NCBI GenBank assembly: GCA_035221665.1
Contig: CM069160.1
Span: 10,168,001 to 10,232,000, forward strand
Direction of reading: 5' to 3'
Source of the DNA: Okamejei kenojei
Lineage: Eukaryota
Length of the DNA: 64,000 nucleotides
Shown here: positions 10,251 through 22,600 of the stretch, one piece after another
Layout: each line of letters begins with the position of its first letter
How positions within the stretch are numbered: position 1 is the first letter of the stretch
Made by a program: the position numbers and the translations under genes
The notes under the pieces: model-generated
What the model saw: only the letters and a program-made list of their open reading frames with translations
What the model was told of the DNA's origin: nothing
The model's database searches: none

Positions 10251-10783
10251 TTACACACCCGGAGCGGAACCGGAGCAGATTCTCAGCCACTGGTTTTCAT
10301 CCCAAGGCCCGAAGAAAGGATAAAGTTTCCCCGTGAATTTATTCCCAGTGAAGGTGTGGAGATGGGACTTGGTGTCCGCGTCGTAAAATGAAACTGTCCC
10401 GGACTCGTAACTGAGATAAACTCCCACCCTCCCGGGGATGGGACGGGCGGGGAGAGGGGATGGAGGGGAGGTGAATGCTTTAAACTCGTCATCATCGCGC
10501 CTGATGATCCAGACTCCAGTCTCCGGGGTCAGTGTGAACAGTCTCTTCCTCTCCACAGACTCTGCGGCGACTCCCAGACACCAGCGCCGACTCCCCGCCA
10601 CCTCCACCTCCCAGTAATGTCTCCCCGATGTGAATCCCTCCGATCCCAGCACACACGCCCAGTCTGTAAACCTCTTCCCGGTGTCAGGGAGACTCCTCCA
10701 GGTCCCGGTCCATCTCACCCTCTTCCGATCCTCAGACACCTCGAGCCACGGATGCGCTGTTTCCACATCCAGGGTGACGGAGA
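10251..10783 (-). CDS. TRIM gene B, exon 6 (PRY/SPRY, B30.2 domain), intact
   Basis: CCCCAG|TC acceptor; VTLDVETAHPWLEVSED..RF..CVLGSEGFTSGRHYWEVEV..WCLGVA..RVGVYLSYESGTVSFY..LYPFF; stop at 10251. Confidence 0.95.
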
Positions 10784-11269
10784 CTGGGGGGAGAAGCAGA
10801 GAATCAGAGAGTCCCCGGGGGTCGGGGGGAGACTCGGGCACAGGCGGGCAGACAACTGAACCCTTGCCCGGGGTTTGACACCAACCACATCGGATGGACA
10901 ACAGACAACTTTCTCGGAGTTTCTCAACCCGGCAGGAGAGGGGGAAATCCGCGGGTTATCGGGAACGGGAGGGGTCGGGCGGACGGGCAAAACGAATGCG
11001 GAAAGTGAGGATGAACGAAAGATTGCGGGTGGGGATGGAGAAATAAGCCGGGTATTCAAATATCTTGCCAGTGCATGGCAAATGAGACGCAGATTGCAAG
11101 ATGAGGAGAGGGATGCGAGTGGTAATGAGACGTGGTTAAAGAGGATGTTGAGATGTGGGGTGGAGTTGCGTGATCATACTGAACTGGAGAGGCCATCTTC
11201 TACTGTTTACTTGCTTTCTTTAGTGGAGGGTGGATTTGATGCGCCGATACAACCAAGAACACACTGATC

Positions 11270-13020
11270 TCATTGTGAACCAATACATGAACTTCACTGA
11301 GGGACTTGACAATATTCCGCATGTAGGGCTGGTCCAAAGGGAAGTGGGATCTAAACGAGCTGGGTAAATAGATCCAACATTCCCCTTGTGCTTGGAGGTG
11401 GAAGGTGACGGTAGAAGGATGATTTTTCTGCCTGGAGGTCTGTGACTGGTGGTGTGCAGCAGAGATCGGTGGTGCACCCTTTGCTGTTTATTTTATATTT
11501 TCCTGGCTTGGATGTGAATGTAGGAGGTGTGACTACTAAGTTTATGGAGAACAGGTAATACCTGTGGATAGCATGGAATTCTCAAAGTTTGCAACAAGAT
11601 AGAGGCTAGATCCTCCAAAGCTTATGTTCATACAGGGATATCAAAACTGGAGGGCGCGGGTTTAACACAAGAGGATGGAGATTTAAAGTGGGTCTGAGTG
11701 GTAAGTTTACTTCACGCAGAGAGTTATTGATACCTGGAATATTTTGCCAGAGGAGGTGGCGGACTAAGATGTAATCACTACATTTAAGCGGCATTATGAT
11801 GTAACAAATGACGTGTAGAATAATATGGTCCTAATGTGGGCAAATTGATTAGTGTAGCTGGGAAAAAATGTGTACATGGACACGTTGGGCCGAGGGGCCT
11901 GACTCTGTAATGTACAACCATGGCTCTCTGGCTCCAAGAGCACTGAATGAGTGAATCTTCACAACTACCCGTGCAGGGCATTCCAATGGTTGCCCAGTCT
12001 CTACGTGCCGTAATGTCTCCTTGTCTCTGTCCTAAATGTTCCAGCCTACATTCTGAGAGGATGTCCGCTGCCTCCAGACCCCTCAGACAGGGGAGACATC
12101 CTCCCTGCACGCAGCCCACTGAGCAGTGTACGGACTTTGTATTTCCCAGAGATCTCGTCAAATACAATTGGACTCTCGAGCAAGCAGGCGGAGACCACTC
12201 AATGTCACCCGCACAACAAATATCGTTATGGAACCAAGTATTGTCAATCGTTACTACTCTGTGCAGACTTTATCTTTGTATAAGTAGAAAAAAACATAAG
12301 ACAGGAAGAAAATAGGTGCGGAGTAGGCTTCGCATCTCAGGCCTATCCCCTGTTCAATGTGATCATGGCTGATCGAAGCTGGTCCCAGATCCTCTTCAGT
12401 GTAACTTCCCCATAACCCTCAGTCGAATGATCTTACCAATATCCAACTATTTTCCCTTCACCAATTCCAAAAATCTGGCCTGTCACCATAAATTAGGTCA
12501 CACAATTCCAGATATTTACTGCTCTGTTAGAGAAACAACTTCAACCCTCTGCGTGGTACGTGGTCTGGATGTTTTGATCTGATCGAATCCAGGGCGAGTT
12601 ACACAATGGAGCATAACCGTGGTCTGAAGGCAGTAGACAGAAGGTTGGTGGAGGAATGCTTTTTAAACTGGAGTCTCTCGCAGAGGGTGTGCCATAGAGC
12701 TTGATGCTCTCTCCATTGTTGGTCGTTATGTATACGAACGCTTTGTATGTGTATGTGGGTGACATAGTTAACAGGCTTGTTGAGGACACTAAAATTGGTG
12801 GCGTCATGGAGAGTGAAGAAGGTTATCCGAGATGAAATGTGATCTTAATTAGCAGGTGTAATTGGCTGAAGAATGGAAGACGGAATTTTCTAATGTTGAA
12901 AGATTGGGGGCATCAGTTTAAGGTGAGATGGTAAAGTTGGAAAAGGCATTGAAGGTCAATGTTTTCAGAGATTGGATTGTAGAGAGATAGAATGAGATTC
13001 CAGAGGCGGAGGTGAGTACA
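11270..13020. mobile_element. Old degraded CR1 fragments in intron 5 of gene B (~11270-11920 +, ~12300-12540 -, ~12545-13020 +)
   Basis: Remnants of RT (..gacactaaaattggtgg = DTKIGG) and CR1 3' tail sequences. Confidence 0.6.
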
Positions 13021-13097
13021 GTTACTGCGTAATGTTCACATTTATTGTACTTACAGGTGTAATCAATGAGAAGAATGGAAAACTGAACAAGTTTTAC

Positions 13098-13213
13098 CTC
13101 GCTGAATGGCGCAGGTTTCTCTCCACAACGTGTTCAACACAAAGTGGTGATGAATCTTTTCAATCGGCAAGGCACCATCTGTCACTGACAATGTATGAAC
13201 TTCATCACTGAAC
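13098..13213 (-). CDS. TRIM gene B, exon 5 (linker)
   Basis: TTTGCAG|GTTCAG...CAGCGAG|GTAAAA; 116 bp, phase 2 to 1, FSDEVHTLSVTDGALPIEKIHHHFVLNTLWRETCAIQR. Confidence 0.85.
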
Positions 13214-13309
13214 CTGCAAATATTTATCAACTGGTTAGAAGCTGAGCTTCAACAATTTCGGAGCTGTTCTACAAAAACATACAGCGTTTCAATCAAGAGC
13301 GTGTCCTAC

Positions 13310-13332
13310 CTCCTTTTCCGACCAGCTGCCTC
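13310..13332 (-). CDS. TRIM gene B, exon 4 (23-bp micro-exon)
   Basis: TTTCTTTCAG|GAGGCAGCTGGTCGGAAAAGGAG|GTAGG; the 23-bp exon is characteristic of class IV TRIMs; phases fit neighbouring exons. Confidence 0.85.
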
Positions 13333-13578
13333 CTGAAAGAAATAAGACACACGTCTGAATAACTGAGACACAACATCCACATTCCGACAGCAGAAATGAC
13401 ACGCAGATTGCCACAAGATTCCTATTAACCAACTCTTATTGCGGCAGCCACACTGACATGTATAGGATATTTCTGTCGGGACAAAGGTCCACGGGGGGGA
13501 AACACCAGGAACGTACATGGAAATGATGCCATTATTGAGACGGTGCACGTTACGGGCAAGAATGAGAAAGTGGTGGGG

Positions 13579-14168
13579 TGTTATTGGTATTGGTAAGACC
13601 AATTCTGGAGTATGGTGTACAATTTTGGTCGCCTAGTTATAGGAAGGATGTCAACAAAATAGAGAGAGTACAGAGGAGATTTACTAGAATGTTGCCAGGG
13701 TTCCAGCAACTATGTTACAGAGAATGGTTGAACAAGTTAGGTCTTTATTCTTTGGAGAGCAGAAGGTTAAGGTGGGACTTGATTGAGGTCTTTAAAATGA
13801 TGAAAGGGATAGACAGAGTTGACGTGGATACATTTTTCCCATTGAGAGTAGGGAAGATTCAAACAAGAGGGCATGACATGAGAATTAAGGGACAGAGGTT
13901 TCGGGGTAACGTGAGGGGGAACTTCTTTACTCAGAGGGTGGTGGCTGTGTGGAATCAGCTTCCAGCAGAAGTGGTGGAGGCAGGATCGATTTTAACATTT
14001 AAGAGTAAAGTGGATAGGTATATGGACATGAAGGGAATGGAGGGGTATGGTCTGAGTGCAGGTAGATGGGACTAGGGGAAAACAAATGGTCGGCACGAAC
14101 TGGAAGGGCCGAGAGGGCCTGTTTCCGTGCTGTAATTGTTATATGGTTATATGGTTTATATGGTTATG
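13579..14168 (+). mobile_element. CR1 3' fragment with (ATATGGTT)n tail; mirror ~38300-38950(-)
   Basis: LVRPILEYGVQFWSP..IERVQRRFTRM..NFFTQRVVAVWNQLP. Confidence 0.88.
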
Positions 14169-14639
14169 TGAAGAAGATGCCAGGGAATGAAGGGATGGGA
14201 AGATTTAAGATTATCTCTGTGGATTTAAATGGGTGGTGGGGGGGGGGGGGGGGGACAAATATTATTCCTTCTTTTGGGGAGACCAAAATTCAAAGATGAA
14301 ATAAGTGATGGCCTTCAATAAATCTCATTAGTCATGCGCAAAAGGAACGTGAACTCAGTCGCACAAAGTGGCCGAAGCCAATGTTCGACATACATTGAAG
14401 GGGAAGCAGGATAAGCGCAAGAGATTTCCCCGTTTGCCCCATTCCTGCATGTTCAATTCATGGATGACATATGATAAATGATGATGTTGTGCGCCACGTT
14501 CTAGATTTCAATGTTAATCTCCCACAATGTGGTCATGGCTAATCTTGGGTACTCCCATCCCCTCCCCCCCTACCCCCCCATTCCCCTCATGTTCAATTCC
14601 TGGAATTTTCAACAACAAAAAGTCTCGCCTTCTGGTTCA

Positions 14640-16118
14640 AATACTGCCGACAGTTTCAAACCCCAGAACCAGTCCCTGCAAACATGTACTGTCCCTGCCT
14701 GCTTCAAAGTCTCCACTATTATCCCTGTACACAAAAAGGCAAGGAGTACTTGTCTTAATGACTACAGGCCTGTCGCACTGACCTCTGTAGTCATGAAGAC
14801 ACTTGAAAGGCTTGTGTTGGCCAAGCTGAAATATATCACAAACTCCCTGCTGGACCCTCTGCATTTTGCATATTGGGCCAATAGATCAGTGGATGATGCA
14901 GTCAACCTGGGCCTGCACTTCATCCAACAGCACCTAGACCGCCAGGGGACCTATGCGAGGACCCTGTTTGTTGATTTTAGCTCTGCATTCAACACCATTG
15001 TGCCAGAGCTACTACACTCCAAACCTTTCGAGTTGACTGTGCCTGAACCCCTCTGTCAGTGGATCACCAACTTCCTGACAGACAGGAAGCAGCATGTGAG
15101 GCTGGGAAAGCATATCTAGGACCCGCAAACACTCAGCATAGGAGCACCGCAAGGCTGCGTACTCTTCTTCTCTCCTCCACTCTCTCTACACCAATGACTG
15201 CACCTCCACAGACACCTCTGTCAAGCTTCTCAAGTTTGCGGACGACACAACTCTGATTGGACTGATCCAGGATGGGGAGGAATCTGCCAACAGATAGGAA
15301 GTGTCACAGCTGGCATCCTGCTGCCGTCGCAACAACCTAGAGTTCAATGCTCTTACGACAGTGGAATTGATTGTAGACTTTAGGAGAGCTGCCCTCCCTC
15401 CCCCCACTCACCATCAACAACACCACAGTCACATCTGTGGAGTCTTTTAAATTCCTGGGAACCATCATCTCCAAGGACCTAAAGTGGCGGACTACCATCG
15501 ACTCCACAGTCAAAAAGGCACAACAGAGGATGTACGTCCTACGGCAGCTGAGGAAGCACAATCTGCCACAGGCAATGATGGTCCAATTCTACACGGCCAT
15601 CGTAGAGTCTGTTCTCACCTTCTCCATCATGGTCTGGTTTGGCTCAGCCACCAAGCACGACACCTGGAGGCTGCAGCGAATCGTCCAATCAGCAGAGAAG
15701 GTTATTTGCTGCAACCTTCCCTCCATTGATGAACTGTACACTGCAAGGGCCAGGAAGCGAGCGGGCAAGATCATCTCTGACCCCTCTCACCCTGGCCACA
15801 AACTCTTTGAATCACTTCCCTCTGGAAGGCGACTCTGGACTTTCAAAGCTGCCACAGCTAAACATAAAAATAGTTTTTATCCACGAGTAGTTGCTCTACT
15901 CAACAGCCAGAAATCTGTAGCCTCCCTTTGATCTGGTATTTTGTTGATTCACATGCTTCATCAATGGTGTTTTATCATTAATGTCTTGTTATTATTAACG
16001 TTTAGAGTTTTCTGAGTCATTCGTAACTGTCACTGTATGTCATGTTGTTACTTGTGGGCGGAGCACCAAGGCAAATTCCTTGTATGTGAATACTTGGCCA
16101 ATAAACTTACTTACTTAC
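14640..16118 (+). mobile_element. Rex1/Babar-type non-LTR retrotransposon, 5'-truncated, in intron 3 of gene B (antisense)
   Basis: [49 protein letters not shown]; KFADD; FKFLGTIISKDLKW..KKAQQRMY; AATAAA followed by (TTAC)n tail. Confidence 0.9.
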
Positions 16119-16791
16119 AAAAGTCTCTGGTGATTCACTTTTGTGTTGCGTCCAATGCTGCATCAACATTTCATGGAGAAGGTCATGAAGTCTATGACCT
16201 TCATGACCTTTTGCACGTTCTATGCAAAATGCTTTGATGTAACTTCGGAAAATTGTAACAAACCCCCCCTACAAGATTCTACAAGATATGACCAGCAGAA
16301 GAATAACCAGGGGTACTATTCACCTTTAAGAGCAAAATTATAACTAGGGATAGAGCAGGTCCAATTAAGTGCTGTTAAGGAGGACAAATTCCAATGTGTA
16401 TCCCAGGCTAAAATCATTAGACTGCCTGCACGGCGATGTTCTAACATCACAAACTCCTTTTCCTCTAACGCTGACCATACGGAACACTTTCCCGGTGGTC
16501 TTGTGATTCCTGGAGATTGTCCCTCTTTTCAGGGAAATATTCCATGTTCACACAAACTCAGTGCCAAGATCACAGCGACGGTTTCTCAAGGAGTTTGCAC
16601 ACTGTCCTGAGATCCCATAGTTTATGCAGGAGGCCATTTAGTTTGGGAACAACAGCAGCACATCGCTGGAACAGATGGAACATTGACCCAGCTCTGAATT
16701 ACTGGTAAATGATGCATTAATTTCAGAAATGTCGCCCACCATGTTGTGAATGTGCAGTTTCACTTCGCCTAACTGTAGTGTAACCCCTCAC

Positions 16792-17025
16792 CTTCAGAAA
16801 TATCCCGTTGTCTTTTTGATCTATCTGTTCCTGCAACGTTGAGAGTTCCTTTTGGATGGAATTTAAATTAGCTTGAATCTCTTGAAGCCTTTTCTCCATT
16901 GCGTTCCGAATTTTCTCCTCTTCTGCCCGGACATCTGCGAGTGCACGCCGTTCTTTCTCAATGAAAATCTGGTGCAGTTCAGCAAACTGGGATGTGATCT
17001 GTGACTGAAGGTTGTGTGACTCTTC
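16792..17025 (-). CDS. TRIM gene B, exon 3 (coiled-coil)
   Basis: CACAG|GAAGAG...CTGAAG|GTGAGG; 234 bp open, EESHNLQSQITSQFAELHQIFIEKERRALADVRAEEEKIRNAMEKRLQEIQ...GIFLK. Confidence 0.9.
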
Positions 17026-17334
17026 CTGTGAAATGAAAGATGAAGATCAATATATAATGTCACTGTATTGTGTTTCCTAACGATATGCGATATGATAGTT
17101 GGCCAATCAACCTTGTGGCATGGAGTACAGAAATAGGCCAATTGGCCCAACATGTCTTATGAGTTCCATAGAATAATTACCCTCTGGCAAAATAGGTTTA
17201 TTTTTTTTAGTTTAGAGATACAGCACAGAAACAGGCCCTTCGGGTCCGCGCCGACCAGCAATCCCCACACATTAACAATTTTTACATTTTCCAAGGCAAT
17301 AAACCTACAAACCTGTACATCTTTGTAAGCAAAT

Positions 17335-17987
17335 GTTATGTTAGCTTTCATAGCAAAAGGATTTTTGAGTATAGGAGCAGGGAGGTTCTACTTCAGTTGT
17401 ATAGGGTCTTGGTGAGACCACACCTGGAGTATTGCGTACAGATCTGGTCTCCAAATCTGAGGAAGGACATTATTGCCATAGAGGGAGTGCAGAGAAGGTT
17501 CACCAGACTGATTCCTGGGATGTCAGGACTGTCTTATGAAGAAAGACTGGATAGACTCGGTTTATACTCTCTAGAATTTAGGAGATTGAGAGGGGAACTT
17601 ATAGAAACTTACAAAATTCTTAAGGGGTTGGACAGGCTAGATGCAGGAAGATTATTCCCGATGTTGGGGAGGTCCAGAACAAGGGGTCACAGCTTAAGGA
17701 TAAGGGGGAAATCCTTTAGGACCGAGATGAGAAGGACTTTTTTCACACTGAGAGTGGTGGGTCTCTGGAACTCTCTGCCACAGAGGGTAGTGGACGCCAG
17801 TTCATTGGCCATATTTAAGAGGGAGTTAGATGCGGCCCTTGTGGCTAAGGGGATCAGAGGGTATGGAGAGAAGGCAGGTACGGGATACTGAGTTGGATGA
17901 TCAGCCATGATCATATTGAATGGCGGTGAAGGCTCGAAGGGCCGAATGGCCTCCTCCTGCACCTAATTTCTATGTTTCTATGTTTCT
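17335..17987 (+). mobile_element. CR1 (HER1-like) 3' fragment with (TTTCTATG)n tail; mirror ~34283-34950(-)
   Basis: LVRPHLEYCVQIWSP..EGVQRRFTRLIPG..FFTLRVVGLWNSLP..GYGEKAGTGY. Confidence 0.9.
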
Positions 17988-18029
17988 AATGTTTGTAGTG
18001 TGGTAGGAAACTGAAGATTATCAGAAAAA

Positions 18030-18140
18030 ACTCACGGGGAGAACATACAAAACTCCGTACAGACAGCACCCGTAGTCAGGATCGACCCGGGTCTCGGTGC
18101 TGTATTCGCTGTAAGGCAGCAACTGTGCCCACAGTGACCC
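18030..18140 (-). mobile_element. SINE head fragment in intron 2 of gene B (tail part ~17200-17325, apparently split by the CR1 insertion)
   Basis: actccgtacagacagcacccgtagtcaggatcgacccggg. Confidence 0.65.
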
Positions 18141-18377
18141 CTTTTCCAAGTTCCTCCTCACCTCCTTTCTTAAAAGAGCGCCCTACTAATTCTGAGGCTC
18201 TGACCTCTAGTCCTACAGCCCCACCAGTGGAAACATCCTTTCCACATCCCACTCTATCTACAGTCAGTACCTGCCCGCCCTAGTCTCTATCCCTAATAGC
18301 TACAACCCTCGGCTCCTGTGCTGTAGAGAGGTGTCCTGACGTTAAACGTCACATTGATGAAAATACACACAAGATCA

Positions 18378-18391
18378 GGAAATCGAAACTG
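18378..18391 (-). promoter_or_regulatory. ISRE-consensus motif in intron 2 of gene B
   Basis: Gene-sense CAGTTTCGATTTCC matches AGTTTCNNTTTCY. Confidence 0.45.
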
Positions 18392-18402
18392 GAAAACCTC
18401 AC

Positions 18403-18500
18403 CAGAAACACCAGAAATCTTCTCCTTCTGTTGCTGCTCCATTTGCTCGATCTCTGATTTCTTTTTTGTGAGAGATTCGAAAGGAAGATTTCACCTGATC
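18403..18500 (-). CDS. TRIM gene B, exon 2 (coiled-coil)
   Basis: CTCCAG|GATCAG...TTTCTG|GTGAGG, homologous to gene A exon 2; 98 bp (2 extra nt). Confidence 0.8.
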
Positions 18501-18589
18501 CTGGAGTTGGTTTCAGAACAGAGAAGAAAAATGTCAGAAAATAAAACTAAACGTGACACAAAGAGGTGATCAAAATCGGTTTGCTTTAC

Positions 18590-19010
18590 CTTGTAGATGT
18601 CTAACAGCTTCTTTGCTATCGGTATGAAGCTGTGAGACTTGTGTTCCTGCGCATCATCGACAATACACAGATCAGTTTCTTGTCAGTTTCACAAAACAGC
18701 TTCAGTTCTTCCTGATGTTCCTCGCAGTGAAGTTTACTTTCCTTCTCTTTGAGATTCAGGACTCAGTGTTCGAAGCTTTCTCAGCCAGTCTCGCCAAGGC
18801 CCGACTTCCCCCCTGAGGGTGCGGTCTGCAAACTCCTCTTACATTCCGGGCAGGAGTTTCTCGCCTACCCTGTCCCAACTCTGTGTTGATGCAGGAGCGG
18901 CAGAAGTTTGTGCCCACACTCCAGTATAACCGGGATCGGTGAAGAAATCCAGGCAGATGGGACAAAACTGCCTCTCGGTCCAAACTCTCCACCTGCTCTT
19001 TCGCAGCCAT
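18590..19010 (-). CDS. TRIM gene B, exon 1 (RING + B-box2), frameshifted in this sequence
   Basis: ATG at 19010 (MAAKEQVES..), NFCRSCI and [23 protein letters not shown] in shifting frames, AAG|GTAAAG donor; 421 bp vs 411 bp in gene A through small insertions (likely consensus errors). Confidence 0.85.
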
Positions 19011-19087
19011 TTTTAAATATAAGGACTTCCTGGTTTCAAAATGTTTTTCACTGACGTGGAGCTGCTGAATATGGGCGGTCACGTAAC

Positions 19088-19365
19088 CGTCACGGTGACG
19101 CTGCGGTAGAGTTGCTGCCTTCAGCGAATGCAGCGCTGGAGACGCGGGTTCGATCCTGGACTACGGGTGCTGTTCTGTACGGAGTTTGTACGTTCTCCCC
19201 GTACGTCTTCAGAATGTGGAAACGAACATCTCGGAGAAAACCCACGCTGGTTTTCTCGGGGAGAACGTACTAACTCCGTACAGACAGCACCCGTAGTCGG
19301 GATCGAACCCGGGTCTCTGGCGCTGCAAGCGCTGCAAGGCAGCAAAACTCCACCGCCTGCGCCCC
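19088..19365. mobile_element. Two SINE heads in inverted orientation upstream of gene B; mirror ~32875-33155
   Basis: gggttcgatcctggactacgggtgctgttctgtacggagt (+) and actccgtacagacagcacccgtagtcgggatcgaaccc (-). Confidence 0.75.
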
Positions 19366-19619
19366 CGGGGGAATCAGTGGTGAGAGTGGATCACGGAACA
19401 CTCAGATTCGAAAGCCCAATTGGCAGCATTTCCTCCGCCCCTGCAGCTCATTCTTGCCGCTAATGCTTCCGAGATGGCGCACCAACCAAGGCGGCTATTT
19501 GCGTGCGATACAGATCTACAATCACATATTACAACGCCCCACACTCTTAAATCTCTACTCCCACACTCAAACATTTCTCACTTTAACTATGATCGGGCTT
19601 TAACTATGATCAGACCTAA

Positions 19620-22600
19620 GGGATCTGAATGTGTGGGCTGAGGGGGCTTGGTGTTAGATTTATAGGACCACTGGGATCTCTTCTGAGGTAGGGGGTGACC
19701 TGTACAAAAGCGACGGGTTTGCACCTAACCGGAGGGGGACCGACATTCTGGAAGGCAGGTTTGCTAGGGCTACACGTAGTGGGTTGAAACTAAATAGTTG
19801 GGGGGAAGGATTGACAAAATTGGGAATTATAAAGATGGAGTTGAAGGGGAAGTGGCTACAAGAAAAATTACAAAGATTCTCGAAATTAATGGGAAGGAAA
19901 GCTTGAGAATGGACAACAGAGTAAGGTCAGGGCCAATTTGTGAGGGGGGAAGTGAATACGGAGGTCAAAGTACTGTATAATGAAGGCGCGAAGCATAAGG
20001 AATAAAGTGGACGAGCTTGAAGATCAGTTAGAAACTGGCAAGTATGATGTTTGTGGGAAATTACAGGAGACATGGCTGCAAGAGGGCCAGGGCTGCGAAC
20101 TGAATATTCAAGGGGTATAACTACCTATCGAAAGCAGGCCAGGGTGGGCTGCAGAGGGGGTGGGGTTGCTGTTGGTGAAGAATGAAATTCAGTCCATTGC
20201 AAGGGGTGACATTGAAACAGGAGATGATGTGGAGTCAGTATGGATAGAACTAAGGAATAGTAAGGGTATAAAAATACCCTAATGGGCCTAATCTACATGC
20301 CCCAAACAGTAGCCTGGACATAGGGCGCAAGTTGAATCAAGGAGTTAAAATTGGCATGTAGTAAAAAGTAATGCAAATGTGGTTGTTATGGGATGATTTC
20401 AAACATGCAGGTACACTGGGGAAATCAGGTTGGTACTGGACCCAAGAAAGGGACTTTGTAGAGTGCCTTCATGCATGGATTCTTTGAACAGCTTGTATTG
20501 GAGCCGTACCAGGAAGAAGGCCATATTCTGGATTTAGTGTTATGTAATGAACCGGATTTGATAAAGGACCTCGAGTTTTAATGAGAGCCATTAGGAGGCA
20601 GTGACCATAACATGGTTCAGGTTTTAATCTACAATTGGGGAGGAAGAGACGTGCAGATCGGAGGTGTCAGTGTTGCAGTTGAATAAAGGGGACTATGGGG
20701 CCATGAGGGAGGAGCTGGCCAAAGTTGACTGGAAAGATACACTAACAGGGATGACATTGGAACAAAAATGGCAGGTGTTTCTAGGAATAATACAGAAGGT
20801 GCAGGATCAGTTCATTCCCAGGAGGAAGAAAGATTGCAATGCGAGAAATGGATGACCATGGCTGACAAGGGGCATCAGGGACAGTATAAATATTAAAGCG
20901 AAGAAGTACAACGTAGCAAAGATGAGCGGGAAGCAAGAGGATTGGGTAATGTTTAAAGAACATCCGAAGATAACCAAAAAATACCAATATGGGGAGAAAT
21001 GAAGAGGTACAAAGGCAAGCTAGCCAAGAATTAAAGGAGGATAGTAAAAGCTTCTTTAGGTATGTGAAAGAAGAAAAAAATATTACTATATGAAGAAAGA
21101 CTGGATACCCGCTAGAATTTAGAAGATTGAGGGGGGATCTAATAGAACTTACAAAATTCTTAAGTGGTTGGACAGGCTAGATGCAGGAAGATTGTTCCCG
21201 ATGTTGGGGAAGTCCAGGACAAGGGGGTCACAGTTTTAAGGATAAGGGGGAAATCTTTTAGGACCGAGATGAGAAAAACAGTTTCACACAGAGAGTGGTG
21301 AATCTGTGGAATTCTCTGCCACAGAAGGTAGTTGAGGCCAGTTCATTGGCTATATTTAAGAGGGAGTTAGATGTGGCCCTTGTGGCTAAAGGGACCAGGG
21401 GGTATGGAGAGAAGGTAGGTAGGTAAGGGATACTGAGTTGGATGATCACCCATCATCATATTGAACTGGCGGTGCAGGCTCGAAGGGATCTGAATGGCCT
21501 TCTCCTGCAGCTATTTTCTATGTTTCTATGTTTCTATGTTTAAGACCAAAGTTGGACCCTTGAAGACTGAAAAAGGTGAATTTATTATGGGGAACAAGGG
21601 AATGGCAGATGAGTTGAACAGGTACATTGGATCTGTCTTCACTAAGGAGGACACAAACAAATTTCCTGATATTAGTAGTGGCCAGAGGATCTGGGGGTGA
21701 CAGAGGAACTGAAGGAAATCCACATTAGGAGGCAGGAAATGGTGTTGTATAGACTGATGGGACTGAAGGCTGATAAATCCCCAGGGGCCTGATGGTCTGC
21801 ATCCCAGGGTATTAAGGAAGTGGCTCTAGAAATCGTGGATGCTTTGGTGATAATTTTCCAGTGTTCTATAGATTGATGATCAGTTCCTGCGGATTGGAGG
21901 GTAGCTAATGTTATCCCACTTTTTAAGAAAGGCGGTGAGAGAGAAAACGGGGATTTATTGACCTGACATCGGTGTGGTGGGGAAGATGCTGGAGTCAATT
22001 ATAAAAGACGAGATAGCTGCACATTTGGATAGCAGTAACAAGGTCGGTGCGAGCCAGCATGGATTTACGAAGGCGAAAATCATGCTTGACTAATCTTCTG
22101 TAATTTTTGAAGATGTAACTAGGAAAATGGACAAAGGGAGAGCATGGGATGTAGTGTTCCTGGACTTCCAGAAAAAGCATTTGATAAAGGTCCCACATAG
22201 GAGATAAGTAGGCAAAATGAGGGCACATGGAATTGGGGGGGTAGAGTGCTGACATGGATAGAGAAGTGGTTGGAAAGACAGGAAACAAAGAGTAGGGATT
22301 TAAACGTGGGTCCCTTTCAGAATGGCAGGCAGTGGCGAGTGTGGTAGCGGCAAGGCTCGGTGCTGGGACCGCAGCTATTTACAATATGCATCAATGATTC
22401 GGGATGAAGGGATTCAAAGTAACATTATGCAAATTTGCAGATGATGACACAAAGGTGGGTGGCAGTATGTTGAACTGTGAGGAGGAGCTATGAGAATGCA
22501 GGGTGACTTGGACAGGATGGGGGAGTGGGCACAGATGCATGGCAGATGAAGTTTAATGCGGACAAATGTGAGGTTATCCACTTTGGTAGCAAAAACAGAA

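Noticed and set aside
10784-10901. Stand-alone 216-aa PRY/SPRY ORF starting at 10901
   Set aside because: The N-terminal part is intron (pyrimidine tract and AG before 10783); exon 5 splices in with matching phase.
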